Positions 61,204-63,114 of a DNA stretch of 63,114 nt are shown piece after piece. Source of the stretch: Nitrospinota bacterium. Lineage in GTDB: Bacteria; Nitrospinota; Nitrospinia; Nitrospinales; JACRGP01. Numbering within the stretch: the first letter of the stretch is position 1; each line of letters begins with the position of its first letter. Made by a program: the position numbers and the translations under genes. The stretch spans positions 1-63,114 of the forward strand of contig JACQQK010000149.1 of NCBI GenBank assembly GCA_016207065.1, in the 5' to 3' direction. The notes below the pieces were generated by a model. The model was not told where the DNA came from and made no database searches. It saw only the letters and a list, made by a program, of their open reading frames with translations.

Positions 61204-61668
61204 ATGGAACCCCCAAAAGCCGGTTTCTTCCGTCGCTTTTTTGCCTTGGGTGTCGATTGTATCTTGCTGGATATCGTGGGGGAGATTGTCTCGTACCCAT
61301 TGGAGAAAAAATTCGGCCTGTCAACCAGGGAAATCCTTGAGCAATTGACCTCCGGGGGCGGGGAGGCCAAGCAAGCGTTGACTTACGTTTTACTCTACAC
61401 AACCCTTCTCACGGTGTTGTGGGGGCTTTATTTTACCTGCTTCCTGGGGGTTGACGGTCAGACGCCGGGCAAAAAACTGTTGGGCGTCAGGGTGGTCCGC
61501 GTGGACGGCAAACCCATGGACTACAAGACCGCCTTCAACCGGTTCGCCGGTTATTCCATTTCCGGAAGCGTTTTCTTTCTCGGATTCATATGGGCCCTGT
61601 TTGACCGGAACAAGCAAACGTGGCACGACAAAATGGCGCATACGATCGTCGTCAGGAAACCATCTTAA
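61204..61668 (+). CDS. RDD-family membrane protein
   Basis: AGFFRRFFALGVDCILL..., ...GQTPGKKLLGVRVVRVDG... and WHDKMAHTIVV. I preferred ATG 61204 over TTG 61144. Confidence 0.8.
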   Translation: MEPPKAGFFRRFFALGVDCILLDIVGEIVSYPLEKKFGLSTREILEQLTSGGGEAKQALTYVLLYTTLLTVLWGLYFTCFLGVDGQTPGKKLLGVRVVRVDGKPMDYKTAFNRFAGYSISGSVFFLGFIWALFDRNKQTWHDKMAHTIVVRKPS

Positions 61669-61691
61669 AACCCATACATAGGAAATCATTG

Positions 61692-62837
61692 ATGAAAAAG
61701 AAATACCTGTTGGCTCCCGGACCCACGCCGGTCCCCGAACACGTGGCCCTTGAAATGGCCTATCCCATGGTCCATCACCGGACCCCGCAATTCAGCCAAA
61801 TCTTCGCCGAAGCGGCGGAAGGCGCAAAATACGTTTTCGAGACCCAACAGGACGTCCTCCTGCTGGCGTCCACCGGCACGGGGGGCATGGAAGGGTGCGT
61901 GACCAACCTGTTCAGCCCCGGCGACAAGCTCCTGGTCATCAACGGCGGCAAATTCGGCGAGCGGTGGGGGAAAATCGGGCAGGCGTACGGCATGAACGTG
62001 GTTTGGCACAACGTCGAGTGGGGCAAGGCCGCCGACCCCCAGGAGGTCAAAAAAATTCTGGACGGCGACAAGGACATTCGCGGAGTCCTGGTCCAGGCCT
62101 CCGAAACCTCCACCACGGCGGCCCATCCAATAAAAGAACTGTCCGAACTGACCCGCGGCCGGGAAGACGTCCTGCTGATCGTGGACGGGATCACCGGGGT
62201 GGGCGTTTTTCCGTTGCCCATGGACGAATGGGGAATCGACGCCATGGTCACGGGCTCGCAAAAAGCCCTGGCCCTGCCGCCGGGCCTGGCCCTGGTGGCC
62301 CTGAGCGGGAAGGCCTGGCGGGCGGCGGACAAATCCAAATGCCCGCGTTTTTATTTCGACTTCAAGAAGGAGCGGAAAAACCTCGCCGACAAGACTTCGG
62401 CCTACACTCCCGCCGTGTCCCTGGTAATCGGCCTGCGCGCGGTGCTGAAGGACATCAAGGCCGAGGGGCTGGCGAACGTGCACAAGCGGCACAACCGCCT
62501 GGCGCGCGCCACCCGCGCCGCCGGCAAGGCCCTGGGCCTCAAGTCGATCGCGCCGGACGCCCCGGCGGACAGCGCGACGGGCCTCTTCGTCCCCGAGGGC
62601 ATCGACGGCGGGAAGCTGGTCAAATTCATCCGGGACGACCTCGGCGTCACCCTGGCCGGCGGACAGGACCACTGGAAGGGGAAGATCGTGCGCATCGCGC
62701 ATCTCGGTTATTTCGACACTTTCGACATCGTCATCGCCATCTCCGCCCTGGAAATGGCGCTCAAAAAATTCGGCCATAAAGTAGAGCTCGGGAAAGGAGT
62801 GTCCGCCGCGCAGGAAATTCTCATGGAAGCGTATTGA
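61692..62837 (+). CDS. Class-V aminotransferase (serine-glyoxylate/alanine-glyoxylate or alternative phosphoserine aminotransferase type)
   Basis: LLAPGPTPVPE.V, TGTGGME, LIVDGITG and the PLP-lysine block TGSQKALALPPG. ATG 61692 is internal to the track ORF, and serA lies downstream. Confidence 0.9.
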   Translation: MKKKYLLAPGPTPVPEHVALEMAYPMVHHRTPQFSQIFAEAAEGAKYVFETQQDVLLLASTGTGGMEGCVTNLFSPGDKLLVINGGKFGERWGKIGQAYGMNVVWHNVEWGKAADPQEVKKILDGDKDIRGVLVQASETSTTAAHPIKELSELTRGREDVLLIVDGITGVGVFPLPMDEWGIDAMVTGSQKALALPPGLALVALSGKAWRAADKSKCPRFYFDFKKERKNLADKTSAYTPAVSLVIGLRAVLKDIKAEGLANVHKRHNRLARATRAAGKALGLKSIAPDAPADSATGLFVPEGIDGGKLVKFIRDDLGVTLAGGQDHWKGKIVRIAHLGYFDTFDIVIAISALEMALKKFGHKVELGKGVSAAQEILMEAY

Positions 62838-62942
62838 ACTTGGTCCCTCTTCAAACCTCGTTAACGGAGGAAGGACGGCTGGGTTCGCCATTTTATAAAT
62901 ACAAGCAATCGCTTTTCGCGGGATTCGATCGGAGTTATCGAA

Positions 62943-63114
62943 ATGAAAATTCTTGTCAGCGACAACCTCTCCAAGGTGGGGATCGAGATCCTCAAGAAGG
63001 AGAGCGGGATTGAAGTAGACGTAAAGACCGGCATGACCAAGGACGAGTTGATCAAGGCCATCCCCGCCTATGACGGCCTGCTCGTCCGAAGCGCCACCAA
63101 GGTGACGGCGGACG
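62943..63114 (+). CDS. serA: D-3-phosphoglycerate dehydrogenase, N-terminal fragment (runs off the window end)
   Basis: Not in the ORF track. My own translation from ATG 62943 is MKILVSDNLSKVGIEILKKESGIEVDVKTGMTKDELIKAIPAYDGLLVRSATKVTAD, a typical SerA N-terminus. Confidence 0.8.
   Translation, partial: MKILVSDNLSKVGIEILKKESGIEVDVKTGMTKDELIKAIPAYDGLLVRSATKVTAD

Overview
This is a 63.1-kb, gene-dense, GC-rich bacterial chromosomal segment. Sampled 60-nt lines in most genes run roughly 60-67% G+C by eye. I call about 60 protein genes and found no rRNA, tRNA, CRISPR array, transposase or integrase. Many long ORFs in the supplied track are antisense or out-of-frame shadows typical of high-GC DNA (Arg/Gly/Pro/Ala-rich, no motifs); I kept the frame with recognisable family motifs. 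Two edge genes are missing from the track and were translated by hand: MobB-MobA at 1-1080(-) and SerA at 62943-63114(+).

Gene content in order:
- Copper nitrite reductase NirK, convergent with a PAS/sigma-54 activator.
- A CsoR-family repressor behind a perfect 36-bp palindrome.
- HigBA and HicBA toxin-antitoxin modules.
- TgpA-like transglutaminase, fatty-acid hydroxylase and pyruvate kinase.
- An 860-aa transglutaminase-like/TPR/FGE protein.
- An HpnA-like plus CruF-like pair, a parvulin PPIase, phosphomannomutase and a VOC protein.
- AmmeMemoRadiSam protein B and Pcm.
- A low-GC two-gene orphan islet containing a 621-aa helical protein.
- MoeB-rhodanese and an aminotransferase.
- A frameshifted DUF4258/YgiT toxin-antitoxin pair and an orphan ABC ATPase.
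- pstSCAB.
- A tight nine-gene minus-strand acyl-CoA operon: Cys-less thiolase-like protein, DUF35-like protein, acyl-CoA dehydrogenase, CN-hydrolase-like protein, PrpD-like, PrpB-like, citrate-synthase-like, B12-binding/MeaB fusion and acyl-CoA mutase. It is divergent from a 1296-aa IOR-family oxidoreductase.
- A DUF123 nuclease and a TPR/pseudo-protease pair.
- An operon of dihaem-c/EB_dh protein, FGE-like protein and MsrP-like protein.
- An aldo/keto reductase and a DEAD-box helicase.
- An acidic tandem-repeat zinc-ribbon protein next to an RDD protein.
- A class-V aminotransferase followed by SerA.

Intergenic space carries at least three families of hairpin-rich MITE/REP-like repeats.

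The best candidates for something undescribed are (i) the nine-gene acyl-CoA operon plus IOR, (ii) the MsrP operon that lacks MsrQ, (iii) the low-GC orphan islet, and (iv) possible sigma-54/PAS-Cys4 control of nirK. None of these can be called novel without database searches, which I could not run.
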